Positions 27,802 to 37,932 of a DNA stretch of 64,000 nucleotides are shown piece after piece; positions within the stretch are counted from its first letter, which is position 1; each line of letters begins with the position of its first letter. The position numbers were made by a program, and so were the translations under genes. This DNA is from Candidatus Eiseniibacteriota bacterium (GTDB taxonomy: Bacteria > Eisenbacteria > RBG-16-71-46). The notes beneath the pieces are model-generated. The model made no database searches and was not told the DNA's origin. It saw only the letters and a list, made by a program, of their open reading frames with translations. The stretch is taken from the NCBI GenBank assembly GCA_044223005.1, contig JBGAML010000005.1:229409-293408 (forward strand), in the 5' to 3' direction.

Positions 27802-29621
27802 GCGGCTCCCTCCCGCTCCGCGAGGTGCGCGAGCACGCGCTCGGCGAGCGCCTTCGGCACGCGCGCGCGCTCGGCGATCTCCTCGGCCGAGGCGCCGCGC
27901 AGGGCCGCGACCGAGCCGAACGCCTTGAGCAGCGCCGCGCGCCGCGTCGGTCCCACGCCGGGCACCGTGTCGAGCGCGCTGCCGATGCGCGCTCGGGAGC
28001 GCAGCGCGCGGTGGTACTCGAGCCCGAACCGGTGCGCCTCGTCGCGCAGCCGCTGCAGCGCGCGCAGGGCAGGCGAACGGCGCGCGAGGCGCAGGTCCGG
28101 CAGCCCCTCGCGCACGACGAGTTCCTCGCGCTTGGCGAGACCGATCATCGCGACCGCGCGCGTGGCGACACGCGACATCGCGTCGCGCGCGGCGCCCAGC
28201 TGGCCGGCGCCGCCGTCGATCACCACGAGGTCCGGCCGCGGCAGCTCACCCGACTCGACGCGCGTCCAGTAGCGCTCCACCGCTTCGCCGATCATCGCGA
28301 AGTCGTCCGGGCCCGGGCGGCGGATGCGCATGCGCCGGTAGAGCGACTTGCGCGCGCGCCCGTCCTCGGAGGCGACGACCGCGGCGACCGCCTGGTCGGG
28401 ACCGAAGTTGGAGATGTCGAAGCACACCATGCGGTGCGGCGGCGCGTCGAGCCCGAGTTCCTTCTGCAGCCCGAGCACCGCGGCCGAGAAGCGCGCCCGC
28501 CGGCCGCTCGCGCGCGCGGCGAGGTGTTCGAGCGCCGCGGCGGCGTTCTTCTCCGCGACCTCGACCAGCCGCCGCGAACGGCCGCGCACCGGCGCGAGCA
28601 GTTCGACCGCGTGGCCCGCGCGGCGCGAGAGCGCCTCGGCGAGCGCGGGCGCGTTGGCCGGCGCCTCGCTCACCAGCACGCGGCGCGGCAGGTCGGTGCG
28701 CGCCAGCGCGTGCTGCGTCACCCACAGCTCGACGATGGCGCCGTCGTCCGTGCCCGCGGCGCGCGCGAGGATGCGCGACTCCTTGCCGATCACGCGGCCG
28801 CCGCGCACGAGCAGCGTCGCGAGCGCCGCGCGCTCACCGTGCCGCGCGACGCCGAGCACGTCGGTGTCGCGCGGATCGTTGGTCACCATCTTCTGCGGCA
28901 CCTGCGCGCGCTCGAGCAGCCGGATCTGGTCGCGGCGCTGGGCGGCGATCTCGTAGCGGCGCCCGGCCGCGGCCTCGTCCATCTCGCGCCGCAGCTGCGC
29001 CAGCAGTTCGTCGTTGCGCCCGGCGAGCAGGAGCATCAGGCCGTCGGCCATCGCCCGGTACGCCTTCGGCTCGACGCGCGCGCGGCTGTAGCAGGGTCCC
29101 GCGCAGCGCTTGATGTGGAAGTAGAGACAGGGACGGTCCTGCCGGCGGTAGTCGTCGAAGTTGCGGCACGTGCGCAGCGGGAAGACGCGCCGCAGGTCGC
29201 GCAGGGTGCGCCGCAGGTTCTTCACGTCCGTGAACGGACCCAGGTAGCGTGCGCCGTCGTCGCGCACGCGCCGCGTCACCGACAGCCGCGGAAACTCGTC
29301 CTGCATCGAGAGCTTCACGAACGGGAAGCTTTTGTCGTCCTTGAGCAGGACGTTGTAGTTCGGACGATGCTGCCGGATCAGCGTCGATTCGAGGAGCAGG
29401 GCCTCCGCCTCGGTGTCCGTGAGGATCACGTCCACGTCCGCGGCCCGTTCCATCATCTCGTCCATACGCGGGCGCTGCGGGTCGTGCCCGAGGTAGCTGC
29501 GCACCCGGGACGCCAGGCTCAGGGCCTTGCCGACATACAGCACTTCGCCCCGGGCGTCCTTGAACAGGTAAACCCCCGGCGAGGCCGGCAGATCGGCGAT
29601 TTTTTCGCTCAGCGCGCTCAC
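27798..29621 (-). CDS. uvrC: Excinuclease ABC subunit C
   Basis: PGVYLF..LYVGKA..L..RV.SY (GIY-YIG), EALLLE, CFDISN, PDLVVIDGG.GQL, RDEAHRF, HhH. Confidence 0.96.
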   Translation of the reverse strand: MSALSEKIADLPASPGVYLFKDARGEVLYVGKALSLASRVRSYLGHDPQRPRMDEMMERAADVDVILTDTEAEALLLESTLIRQHRPNYNVLLKDDKSFPFVKLSMQDEFPRLSVTRRVRDDGARYLGPFTDVKNLRRTLRDLRRVFPLRTCRNFDDYRRQDRPCLYFHIKRCAGPCYSRARVEPKAYRAMADGLMLLLAGRNDELLAQLRREMDEAAAGRRYEIAAQRRDQIRLLERAQVPQKMVTNDPRDTDVLGVARHGERAALATLLVRGGRVIGKESRILARAAGTDDGAIVELWVTQHALARTDLPRRVLVSEAPANAPALAEALSRRAGHAVELLAPVRGRSRRLVEVAEKNAAAALEHLAARASGRRARFSAAVLGLQKELGLDAPPHRMVCFDISNFGPDQAVAAVVASEDGRARKSLYRRMRIRRPGPDDFAMIGEAVERYWTRVESGELPRPDLVVIDGGAGQLGAARDAMSRVATRAVAMIGLAKREELVVREGLPDLRLARRSPALRALQRLRDEAHRFGLEYHRALRSRARIGSALDTVPGVGPTRRAALLKAFGSVAALRGASAEEIAERARVPKALAERVLAHLAEREGAA

Positions 29622-29752
29622 GGAGCCCTCCGGAAGCACGAGTGGGGGTACTCGAGGGGACTACACTACATGGGGAACGCCGGTCCGAACAATGCCCGTT
29701 TGCCGGCCGCGGGGCCCAGCCGACCACGCCGCACGGACCGCGCCCACCGCGC

Positions 29753-29782
29753 TTGACAGCCCCCCGTCGAGACCCGTAAGTT
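29753..29782 (+). promoter_or_regulatory. Sigma-70 promoter of rpsT
   Basis: TTGACA-N18-TAAGTT upstream of an AGGAGG RBS. Confidence 0.6.
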
Positions 29783-29825
29783 TCCACGGCTTTTGACGTT
29801 CACGGATACCGTTCAGGAGGATTCC

Positions 29826-30083
29826 ATGCCGCATCACAAGTCCGCGGCCAAGCGCGTGGTGACGAACGAGAAGAGTCGCCAGCGCAACATCGCCGCGACC
29901 AGCCGGATGAAGTCGGCCATCAAGGCCGTGCGTTCGGCCAGCACGCGCAGCGCCGGCGAAGCCGCGCTCCGCAACACCGTGGCGGTGCTCGACCGCACCG
30001 CCGCCAAGGGCATCATCAAGCGCGAGACCGCCAGCCGGCAGAAGTCCCGCCTGGCCAAGCACGTCGCCAAGCTGCCCGCCTGA
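29826..30083 (+). CDS. rpsT: 30S ribosomal protein S20
   Basis: MPHHKSAAKR...N...SRMKSAIK...LDRTAAKGII...ASRQKSRL. Confidence 0.96.
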   Translation: MPHHKSAAKRVVTNEKSRQRNIAATSRMKSAIKAVRSASTRSAGEAALRNTVAVLDRTAAKGIIKRETASRQKSRLAKHVAKLPA

Positions 30084-30094
30084 CGAGGTTCCCC

Positions 30095-30526
30095 GTGCCG
30101 TACCCCTCGCCGGCCGCTCGCTTCCTCGCGGTCACGAAGGGTGCCCTGCTTCTCGCCGCCGTCTGCGCTCCCGCGCAGGCGGCGTTCGCGTTCGAGGTGG
30201 TACCCCGGCCCGCACCCGTCCATCGCCCGCACAAGGCCGCGTGGCTGTGCGCCGCCGCGGGTGCCGGGCTCGTCGCCGCCTCGTTCTCGCTGAGCGATCG
30301 CGCGGACCGGCGCTACGACGCCTACCTGCACGAGGCCGACCCCGCGCGGATCGACGCGCGCTGGCGGGAGACCGTGAACGCCGACCGGCTGGCGAGCGGC
30401 TCGCTGCTGGGCGGCGAGGCGCTGCTCGTCGGGGCCGTGTGGCTCGGCTTCCTCCGCCCCTCGCCCGCTTCGCGCGTGGCGCTGGTCGCCACGGGAGACC
30501 GGTGCGCGGTCTCGCTGCGCTTCTGA
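30095..30526 (+). CDS. Hypothetical membrane protein
   Basis: Signal-like N-terminus and two hydrophobic segments flanking ADRRYDAY; co-oriented between rpsT and the lipoprotein gene. Confidence 0.55.
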   Translation: MPYPSPAARFLAVTKGALLLAAVCAPAQAAFAFEVVPRPAPVHRPHKAAWLCAAAGAGLVAASFSLSDRADRRYDAYLHEADPARIDARWRETVNADRLASGSLLGGEALLVGAVWLGFLRPSPASRVALVATGDRCAVSLRF

Positions 30527-31752
30527 TCCTGGCGGCGCTCGCCGCCGGCTGCAGCAATCGCGAGCGCGCGAACCCGCTCGACCCGTCCAATCCCGCGACC
30601 GGCGGCCGGCCGTCGGGCTTCGACGCGGTCGCCGGCTACTCGATCGTCACGCTCCGCTGGCAGCCACAGCCCGGGCTGGCCGTGGACGGTTACCGGCTCG
30701 AACGCTTCGCGCCCGGGGATTCGCTGTGGCGGCCGCTCGGCGACGTACGCCCGGTCACGAGCACGGGCACCACCGACCCCGGCACGACGAACGGGAAGAC
30801 GTACCGCTACCGTCTCGGCTACGTGGTGAACGGCGCCACGAACGGCGACTGGGCCGAGGACGTGGCGACGCCCGGGCTGCTGCGCCCGTGGGTCGCCGAC
30901 GCCGGTGCGGACGCGCTCGTGCGCCTCTCGCCGGACGGCCGCGACATCGCGTATTCGATCACCGATGTCGGCGGCATCCAGGCACTTGCCGTCGACCGCG
31001 GCACCGGCTCGGTCTGGACGAGCGCGCCCTTCGACGGAATGGTCACGCGCCGTTTTCCCGGCGAGACCTCACCCACCGTGATGACCGGCCTGCACCAGCC
31101 GTTCACGATCGCCGTCAGCCCCTATGACCACTCGGCGTGGATCTGCGAACTCGACGGTTCGATCGCCCACCGCAATCCGTCGGGGACCGTCACCTCGCCG
31201 GGCTCGATCGGCCTGCTCGCCTCGCCCACGGGCGCCGCGGTCGGCGCCGCCGACTTCTCGCTCTGGGCGTGCGAGAACGCGGGCCATCGCGTGCGGCACT
31301 GGGCGGTCGACGGCACGCTGCTCTCGACCACCTACGTCGGCTCGCCGTCGCGAGTCGCCGTGGACTCCTCGACGCGGATCGCGTGGGTGACCTCGCTCTC
31401 GCTCGGCCGCGTGTGGCGCATCGCCCCCGACGGCACGCTGCTCGACTCGACGGGCGTGGCCGCGGGCCCGATCGGGATCGCGCTCGACCGCGCCCACGGC
31501 CGCGCCTGGGTGGCCGACGCCGCGGGCGACCGGCTGATCGCGCTCGATCCCGACACCGCGGCGGAGCTCTTCCGCGTCACCGGCCTGCGCGAACCGCGCG
31601 ACGTGGACGTGGACCCGCTCACCGGCGACGCGTGGGTCGTCGCGCGCACGGACGGCGAGATCGTGCGCGTGTCGAAGGACGGCGTCGTGATCGCGCGGGT
31701 GGGCGGATTCCGCGACCCGGTGGAAGTGCGCATCGACCCCGGGACGCAGTAG
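30502..31752 (+). CDS. Lipoprotein with FN3 domain and NHL/YVTN-like beta-propeller
   Basis: LAAGC lipobox, R.NPLDP, VTLRW..GYRLER..TYRYRL, repeated P..IAVD...G..WV blades. Confidence 0.78.
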   Translation: MRGLAALLILAALAAGCSNRERANPLDPSNPATGGRPSGFDAVAGYSIVTLRWQPQPGLAVDGYRLERFAPGDSLWRPLGDVRPVTSTGTTDPGTTNGKTYRYRLGYVVNGATNGDWAEDVATPGLLRPWVADAGADALVRLSPDGRDIAYSITDVGGIQALAVDRGTGSVWTSAPFDGMVTRRFPGETSPTVMTGLHQPFTIAVSPYDHSAWICELDGSIAHRNPSGTVTSPGSIGLLASPTGAAVGAADFSLWACENAGHRVRHWAVDGTLLSTTYVGSPSRVAVDSSTRIAWVTSLSLGRVWRIAPDGTLLDSTGVAAGPIGIALDRAHGRAWVADAAGDRLIALDPDTAAELFRVTGLREPRDVDVDPLTGDAWVVARTDGEIVRVSKDGVVIARVGGFRDPVEVRIDPGTQ

Positions 31753-31761
31753 GCCCGCCGC

Positions 31762-34272
31762 TCACCACCGCGTCGCGAGCCCGAACCGCACCGCGCGCGG
31801 CGGGTTCGAGAGCCGCGGATCGTGCACGTCGATCCAGTACGGCGATCCCAGCGACGGCACCACCCACCAGCCGCCACCGCCCCGGCCCGTCAGCGTCCGG
31901 TGCGCGCCGTAGTCGTCGTAGGTGGTGTTCACGTAGGGGTTCGGGTAGCCGTCGACGGTGGCGAGCGATTCGCCGCGGTGGTCGAACAGGTTGCGGATCG
32001 AGCACGAGAGCTCCCAGCCCCGCGCCCGCTTCGGCGCCCAGCGCACGTCGACGTCGGTCGCCTCGAACGTGTCCAGCCGGCGGCTGTCGATCGCGCCCGC
32101 GTCGGTCTGGGGCGCGCGCAGCGGCTTGGGTGTCCACGGAAGCGCACTCGAGGCCTGCGTCGTCCACGCGAACGCCCAGCCACCCCGCGCGCGCCATGCC
32201 GCGTGCGCGCGCAGCGTGTGGCGCTGGTCCCACGAGAGCGGCGTGTCGGCGCGCAGCGTCGAGCGCGACTCGCGCAGGACGCCGTAGGGATCCCCCGCGG
32301 AGCGCGATTCGTTGCCCCACGCCTGCATCCAGGTCCAGCTGAGCGAGACGCGGCGGCCGTCGCCATCGTCTCGCACGAACTCGGCCTCGCCTCCCACCGC
32401 CTGCCCCTCGTCCTCGCCGACGTACCGCAGGTTGGCCGGGCCGGAGCCCGCGCGCACCAGCCGCGCGCCCGGCTGCCCGTAGACGTCGCGCACGAACACC
32501 GCGAGCTGGATCGCGGACGTGGCCGAGAGCAGGTGCTTGAGCGCGGCGTCGACACCGATCGCCGTCGCGGGTTCGAGCGCCGGGTTGCCGAGCGGCTCGC
32601 GGTTCGAGGCGACGGTGCGGCTGTCGTAGAGCAGGTCGCGCGGCGGTGCCTGGTGCACGCGCGCGTACGCGAGCGTGAAGACGTCCCGCACCGAGACCGG
32701 GTACGCCACCGCGAACCGCGGCGACCACGTCGCGAGCACGCGGCCGTCCGCGGGCAGCGACTGGCGATCCGCCTGCGGGCCCGCGGTCCAGAGATCGAGC
32801 CGCAGCCCGACATCGAGGATCATGCCCGCGTGCTCCCAGCGATCCTGCACGTACGCGAAGCCACCGGGTGCGAAGGCGCGGAAAGCGCGCACCGTGTCGA
32901 TCGGCACCATCAGCGGATCGCCGTTCTGCGACCAGCCGGTGGCGAACCAGTCGGTCGAGCGCACCGCGACCGCCTCGTACGTCGTGCCGAGCCCCGCCTG
33001 CAGCAGTCCGTTCGTGCGCGTCGCGCGGACGCCGTCGGCGCGCAGCGTCCACGTGTCGGTGTCCGCCTGGCGGACGTAGGGATCGTCGCCCCAGAAGACG
33101 TGCAAGAGATCGACGTCTTCGGGGTTCAGGTAGCGCGGGCGCGTGATCCGCCCCTCGACGCCGCGCGTGCCCCCGGTCGCGGTCACCGTGCGGTCACGCA
33201 GCCAGCCGAGCGTGACGAGCGTCCGCAGCGGCGCGAACGGCAGCTCCCCCGTCGCGATGGCGGCGAGCCGGCGGTCGTCGGTGATCGCGAGGTGGTCCGC
33301 CGCGCGGTAGCGCGCGTAGCCCGGCAGCGGCACGTCGCTGTAGACCGGCGGCAGCTTGGGATTGGCCGGGACGAACACGTAGCCGTCGACCGACCACTGC
33401 GGGTCGAACGGCTCGCGCACCGAACGCCCCGCGAGCAGCTGCAGCGAAGTGCGCCGCGGGTTCGCGACCGGCGCCAGCCGGAGCGAGAGCGCCGCGTCGT
33501 TCCGCGCCCGCCAGCCGAGCGGCACGCCCAGCACGGTGCTCCCGCTGCGCGAGCGCAGCCGCGGCATCCACGTGTCGTCGAACGTCCCCTCGCCCGCTGC
33601 GATCACGCCCCAGCCCGTCGCCGGCAGCGGCGCCGAGATCCGCGCGCTCGCACGATCGAACCGGTGCTCGCGCTCGCCGGAGCCCTGCCACGACCACTCG
33701 CCCGAAGGCCGCGCACCCGGATCCGACGGCCGCAGCGTCAGCACCCCCGCGAGCGTCGCCGCGTCCCGGGCGTCGGGCGCGCCGCTCGCCAGCTCGGCCG
33801 CGCGCAGCGCCGCGAGCGGCACGCTCGTCGCCGAGCCCCGGAGCGGCTCCAGCAGCGAGACGCCGTCCAGCACCATCGCCGTCTCGCCGGCACGTCCGCC
33901 GCGGACGTGCAGCTCGCCCCCCTGCGCGACCACGCCGGGCTGCAGCGCCACGACGCCCGCGAGCCCGTCCGCCGGCAGCGAATGCAGCACGTCCTCGCGC
34001 ACGGCGTGGACCACCTGGGCCGACCGCAGGTCGTGCAGCGGCGAACGCACTTCCACCGCGGGGAACTGCCGCACGATCTTTGCCGGCGCGGCGGCGCTGT
34101 CGGGGACGGTGCGCGGCGCCGCCGCGGCGGGCCGGGTGGCGAGCAGCACGAATGCGAACGCGTGGAGGATGGCGGCCGGCAGCACGGAACTCCTCGGGAT
34201 CCCGGTCGGGACGGCCCGGTACGACGACGCCGAGCGCGGCGCGCCCGGTGCCCGGACAGCATCGGGCCGCAT
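31762..34272 (-). CDS. TonB-dependent receptor-like outer-membrane protein
   Basis: Plug LQPGVV...ELHVRGGR.GE...LDG; GLRLD, SPRFAVAYP, GNPALEP, IRNLFD, PR..RFGL..RW; start uncertain. Confidence 0.85.
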   Translation of the reverse strand: MRPDAVRAPGAPRSASSYRAVPTGIPRSSVLPAAILHAFAFVLLATRPAAAAPRTVPDSAAAPAKIVRQFPAVEVRSPLHDLRSAQVVHAVREDVLHSLPADGLAGVVALQPGVVAQGGELHVRGGRAGETAMVLDGVSLLEPLRGSATSVPLAALRAAELASGAPDARDAATLAGVLTLRPSDPGARPSGEWSWQGSGEREHRFDRASARISAPLPATGWGVIAAGEGTFDDTWMPRLRSRSGSTVLGVPLGWRARNDAALSLRLAPVANPRRTSLQLLAGRSVREPFDPQWSVDGYVFVPANPKLPPVYSDVPLPGYARYRAADHLAITDDRRLAAIATGELPFAPLRTLVTLGWLRDRTVTATGGTRGVEGRITRPRYLNPEDVDLLHVFWGDDPYVRQADTDTWTLRADGVRATRTNGLLQAGLGTTYEAVAVRSTDWFATGWSQNGDPLMVPIDTVRAFRAFAPGGFAYVQDRWEHAGMILDVGLRLDLWTAGPQADRQSLPADGRVLATWSPRFAVAYPVSVRDVFTLAYARVHQAPPRDLLYDSRTVASNREPLGNPALEPATAIGVDAALKHLLSATSAIQLAVFVRDVYGQPGARLVRAGSGPANLRYVGEDEGQAVGGEAEFVRDDGDGRRVSLSWTWMQAWGNESRSAGDPYGVLRESRSTLRADTPLSWDQRHTLRAHAAWRARGGWAFAWTTQASSALPWTPKPLRAPQTDAGAIDSRRLDTFEATDVDVRWAPKRARGWELSCSIRNLFDHRGESLATVDGYPNPYVNTTYDDYGAHRTLTGRGGGGWWVVPSLGSPYWIDVHDPRLSNPPRAVRFGLATRW

Positions 34273-34324
34273 CGGCGAGGACGCAAGCCCCCGGGCCGCG
34301 CGCCCCCCCGCCCGTGGCGGCCGG

Positions 34325-37126
34325 TCAGAAGTTGTAGGAGATGGAGAAGTAGTGCTGCGGGATCGCCGAGTCGAAGTGGACGAAGTCCTGCGTCGTCCAG
34401 CTCCAGTTCCAGCGCAGCGCCGGGTAGAAGCCGCCGCCGAGGTAGAGGGCCCAGCCGAGCACACCGCGCTCCTCCCTCTCGCCGGGACTCCAGGCTCGGG
34501 CCCCGTCGGCGTAGAGGGCGCCGTTGACGGTGGGCAGCATCCAGGGCGCGGGCACGGCGAGCAGCAGGCCGCGGACGACCGGGAAGCGGGCCTCGACGTT
34601 GGCGCTCACCATTCTCGGCCCCGCGAGTTCGCGCCAGTTGCTCACGTGCAGCCGCGACGGGCCGCCGAGGTAGACGTTCTGCGCGTCGGGGCCGAAGCTG
34701 CCCTGTGCGTTGGCGCGCATGGCGAGCACGATGCCGCGCAGGGGCTGGCGGTAGTGCCGGACCTCGGCGAGCACCGTGCCGAAGTCGGCGCGGCCCGAGG
34801 TCATGTCGCGGGTGAAGCCGGTGGTCAGGTTCGCGCGCAGGCCGCCCACGGGGCCGGACCATGTCCAGCGCGAGTTGTCGTGCACGAGGCTCAGGTAGTT
34901 CGAGACCAGGTCGACCGTCGGGGCGTCGCCGTTGCGCAGCAGGTGGTGCGACGCGTGCCGGATCTCGAGCGACGCGTCGATGCGGTCGAAGCGGTCGAGC
35001 GGGTAGCTCGCGAGGCCGACCGCTCCCACCCGCACTTCGCGCCGCAGCAGCTCGAAGTCCGGATCGTAGAGGCTCGTCAGCCGGAACAGGCCGAGGCCGT
35101 AGTTGAGCCGCCGGCCCTGGTTGAAGTACGTGACGCCTCCCTCCCAGCCGTTCCAGAAGTCGCCGAAGCTCTCGGAGTCGTTGGCGAGCGTCACCACCCA
35201 CGTCTCGTTGCCGAGCAGGTCGCTGAACGCGAGCTGGCCGAAGCTCATGCCGTTGTTGAACGACGGGCTCACGCCGATCGCGTTCTGCAGCAGGTCGAGA
35301 CCGATCCGCCGCTGGTAGTCCTGCGGCGGCATCGAGTCCACCACCGTGGGCAGCACCGCGTGCGCCACGAGTTCGCCCTCGGGTTCGGCAGCCAGCGTGT
35401 CGGGGCGGAAGCGGATGCACCACGTGCGGAACGTCACCGCGTCCTGGCCGGTGAAGAGCAGGCCGCCACCGTCGCGCGTCCAGTCGGGATCGGTCGCGGG
35501 CCCGAGCAGGCGCGTGACGCGGCGGGCCTCGCGCGGGCCGTCCACCGGGCGCACCCACAGGTCGCTCGTCCCGCCGCGCGTCGAACGGAACGCGAGCCAG
35601 CGGCCGTCGGGCGACCACGCGGGCTGGCGATCGTCGCCGGACGGCGGCCAGCTGACGCGCTCGCTCGCGCCACCGGCGAGCGGCAGCCGGAAGAGCGCGT
35701 AGCGCCCGCCCATCTCGCCGCGGTCCGACGCGAACGCGACCCAGCGGCCGTCGGGCGAGACCGCGGGATCGACGTCGTCGTAGTCGTCGTGCGTCAGCCG
35801 CTCGAGCGTCTCCTCGCCGCGGCGGCTCCACGTGATCCGCCAGAGGTCCGCCTGGCCGTCGTAGTCCTGCGCGGCGAAGACCACCGCGGAGTCCCCGGGG
35901 ACGATGCTCGGATCGTGCAGTGCGACGAGTTCGGGAAACTCCGCGCGACGCAGCACCCGCCCGGTGCGGCCATCGAGCAGGTAGAGCGCGTCGCGACCGC
36001 CGTGCTGCGCGGTGACGGCGATCGCTCCGCTCGCGGAGACCGCGGGACGGTTCTGGAACAGGTGGAACGATTCGAACGACGGCGTGCCGCCGCTGCGCAG
36101 CAGGCGCCGCTCGCGCCGGCGGCCGTCGCGGCCCGGCTCGCTGGTCATGAGATCGACCGCGCCGTCGTTCACTTCGAACCACGCCAGGCGCACCGTCGTG
36201 TCGGAGTCCGCGGGCGCCGCGGGCAGCGCGCGGGGGCCGAGGTTGAAGCGGCTCTCCTGGCGGAACGGCTTCGCGCACTCCGAGGGCCGCACCGCCGTCG
36301 TGAGCGCCGGGTAGTAGTGCCGGCGCATCGCTTCGAACCACTCCTGGTCCACGTCGGCGAGCGGGCGGCCGTACGTGATCCGGAACACGGTCTCGAAATC
36401 CTCCGCGCGCCAGGCGTTCTCGAGCACGCCGATGATCCGCGACTCGCCACCGTGCTTCGAGAGCCAGATCAGGAACGACTGGCCCTCCTTGTACATCTCG
36501 ACCGAGCCCGTGATCGGTTCGCTCTTCGTCATCGGATAGGCCATGTTCGAGACGAACATGTCGCGCAGCAGGCCCTCGCCGTCCTCGTCCCAGGGATTGC
36601 CGAAGTACTCCGCGAGGCCTTCGGTGAACCAGAGTGGCGGGAACCAGCCCGGCGTGCGGTGGTGCGCGTGCAGCACCTGGCCGATCTTCTCGAGCATGTA
36701 GGCGTGCGCCATCTCGTGCCGGGTCACCCAGCGCAGCCGCGCCCACGAGCCGGTGTGCGGGATCAGCACGCGGCCCTTCACGAGCTCCGTCAGGCCGCCG
36801 ATCGACTCGGTCAGGAGTTCGGGCGTGGCGTTCGTCTGCTGGAACAGGTGGTGCGCCGAGTAGAGCAGCAGCGGGATCTTGTGCCGGGGGTGGACGGCGA
36901 ACCGGCGGTCGTACTCGACGCTCACGCTCTCGGCGAACGCCGTGAGCGCCCGTGCGAGGCTCTCTTCCTGCGCGTAGTAGTGGACGCGCAGGTGCGGCGT
37001 CTCGAGCACGGACCACTCGAGCGACTCGTAGTGGACCTTGTTCTTGCCGAACACCTGCGCCGCGGACGGAAGCGGCGCGAGCACCAGCAGGACGAGCACG
37101 ACGGAAAGGAAGCGCCAGGCGCGCAT
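34325..37126 (-). CDS. Peptidase MA-like + PD40/TolB propeller + BamA/TamA-type barrel protein
   Basis: FGKNKV.Y, HEMAH and WFTEGLAEY (gluzincin), P.WSPDG..LAF.S.R.G repeats, SDLLGN, C-terminal YFSISYNF. Confidence 0.85.
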   Translation of the reverse strand: MRAWRFLSVVLVLLVLAPLPSAAQVFGKNKVHYESLEWSVLETPHLRVHYYAQEESLARALTAFAESVSVEYDRRFAVHPRHKIPLLLYSAHHLFQQTNATPELLTESIGGLTELVKGRVLIPHTGSWARLRWVTRHEMAHAYMLEKIGQVLHAHHRTPGWFPPLWFTEGLAEYFGNPWDEDGEGLLRDMFVSNMAYPMTKSEPITGSVEMYKEGQSFLIWLSKHGGESRIIGVLENAWRAEDFETVFRITYGRPLADVDQEWFEAMRRHYYPALTTAVRPSECAKPFRQESRFNLGPRALPAAPADSDTTVRLAWFEVNDGAVDLMTSEPGRDGRRRERRLLRSGGTPSFESFHLFQNRPAVSASGAIAVTAQHGGRDALYLLDGRTGRVLRRAEFPELVALHDPSIVPGDSAVVFAAQDYDGQADLWRITWSRRGEETLERLTHDDYDDVDPAVSPDGRWVAFASDRGEMGGRYALFRLPLAGGASERVSWPPSGDDRQPAWSPDGRWLAFRSTRGGTSDLWVRPVDGPREARRVTRLLGPATDPDWTRDGGGLLFTGQDAVTFRTWCIRFRPDTLAAEPEGELVAHAVLPTVVDSMPPQDYQRRIGLDLLQNAIGVSPSFNNGMSFGQLAFSDLLGNETWVVTLANDSESFGDFWNGWEGGVTYFNQGRRLNYGLGLFRLTSLYDPDFELLRREVRVGAVGLASYPLDRFDRIDASLEIRHASHHLLRNGDAPTVDLVSNYLSLVHDNSRWTWSGPVGGLRANLTTGFTRDMTSGRADFGTVLAEVRHYRQPLRGIVLAMRANAQGSFGPDAQNVYLGGPSRLHVSNWRELAGPRMVSANVEARFPVVRGLLLAVPAPWMLPTVNGALYADGARAWSPGEREERGVLGWALYLGGGFYPALRWNWSWTTQDFVHFDSAIPQHYFSISYNF

Positions 37127-37173
37127 CGCGGATCGGACCTCGAGGATGTCGCTGCGTCGCTCCGCGGAATCCG

Positions 37174-37932
37174 TCAGCGGAGCATGTCGTCCATCACGTA
37201 CAGGCCCGGTCCTGCCCCCGACACGAAGCGCGCCGCCGCCACCGCGCCATGCGCGAAGGCGGCCCGGTCGTGCGCCACGTGCCGGAGTTCCAGCGTCTCC
37301 CCCTCACCCGCGAGCAGCACGGTGTGGTCGCCGACCCACGTGCCCCCGCGCACGGCGTGCACGCCGATCTCGGCGGCCGTCCGTGCCCCGACGGCGCCCT
37401 CGCGGCCGTGGCGCAGGGCGTCCCGGCCGAGTCCGCGCGCACCGAGTGCGTCGTCGGCCAGCGTCAGCGCCGTACCCGAGGGGCTGTCCTTCTTCATCCG
37501 GTGATGCCGTTCGACGATCTCCACGTCCCAGCTCGCCGGCACGGCCGCGAGCGCCGCCGCCAGCGCGCGGCGCAGCGCCGCGACGCCGAGGCTGAAGTTG
37601 CTCGCGCGCAGGACGGCCACCTTCGCCGCCGCGCCGCGCACCGCCTGCTCCTGCTCGGCCGAGAGCCCGGTCGAACCCGACACGAGGGGTACGCCGCGCT
37701 CGGCGCAGAGTGACGCCCCCACGACGGCCCCCGCGGGACTCGAGAACTCCACGGCGACCACGCCGGGGCGGATGACCTCGGCGGGATCGGCGGTCCATAC
37801 CCCGCCACCGCCCGCGAGGTTCGCCGCGACGTCGACCGACGCGGCGATCTCCACGTCGGGCGCGGCCGCGGCGGCCGCGGCGATCGCACGCCCCATCCGT
37901 CCCGCGGCGCCGAGCAGTGCGATCCGGATCAC
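37174..37932 (-). CDS. dapB: 4-hydroxy-tetrahydrodipicolinate reductase
   Basis: GAAGRMG, GSTG, ASNFSLGV, EIVERHHRMKKDSPSGTA, R..FA.GA..AA. Confidence 0.95.
   Translation of the reverse strand: MIRIALLGAAGRMGRAIAAAAAAAPDVEIAASVDVAANLAGGGGVWTADPAEVIRPGVVAVEFSSPAGAVVGASLCAERGVPLVSGSTGLSAEQEQAVRGAAAKVAVLRASNFSLGVAALRRALAAALAAVPASWDVEIVERHHRMKKDSPSGTALTLADDALGARGLGRDALRHGREGAVGARTAAEIGVHAVRGGTWVGDHTVLLAGEGETLELRHVAHDRAAFAHGAVAAARFVSGAGPGLYVMDDMLR

Noticed and set aside
29639..29702. LexA box upstream of uvrC (GGAACGCCGGTCCG; CGAGT-N6-ACTCG)
   Set aside because: Only imperfect short matches, and they do not resemble the 16365-16394 palindrome.
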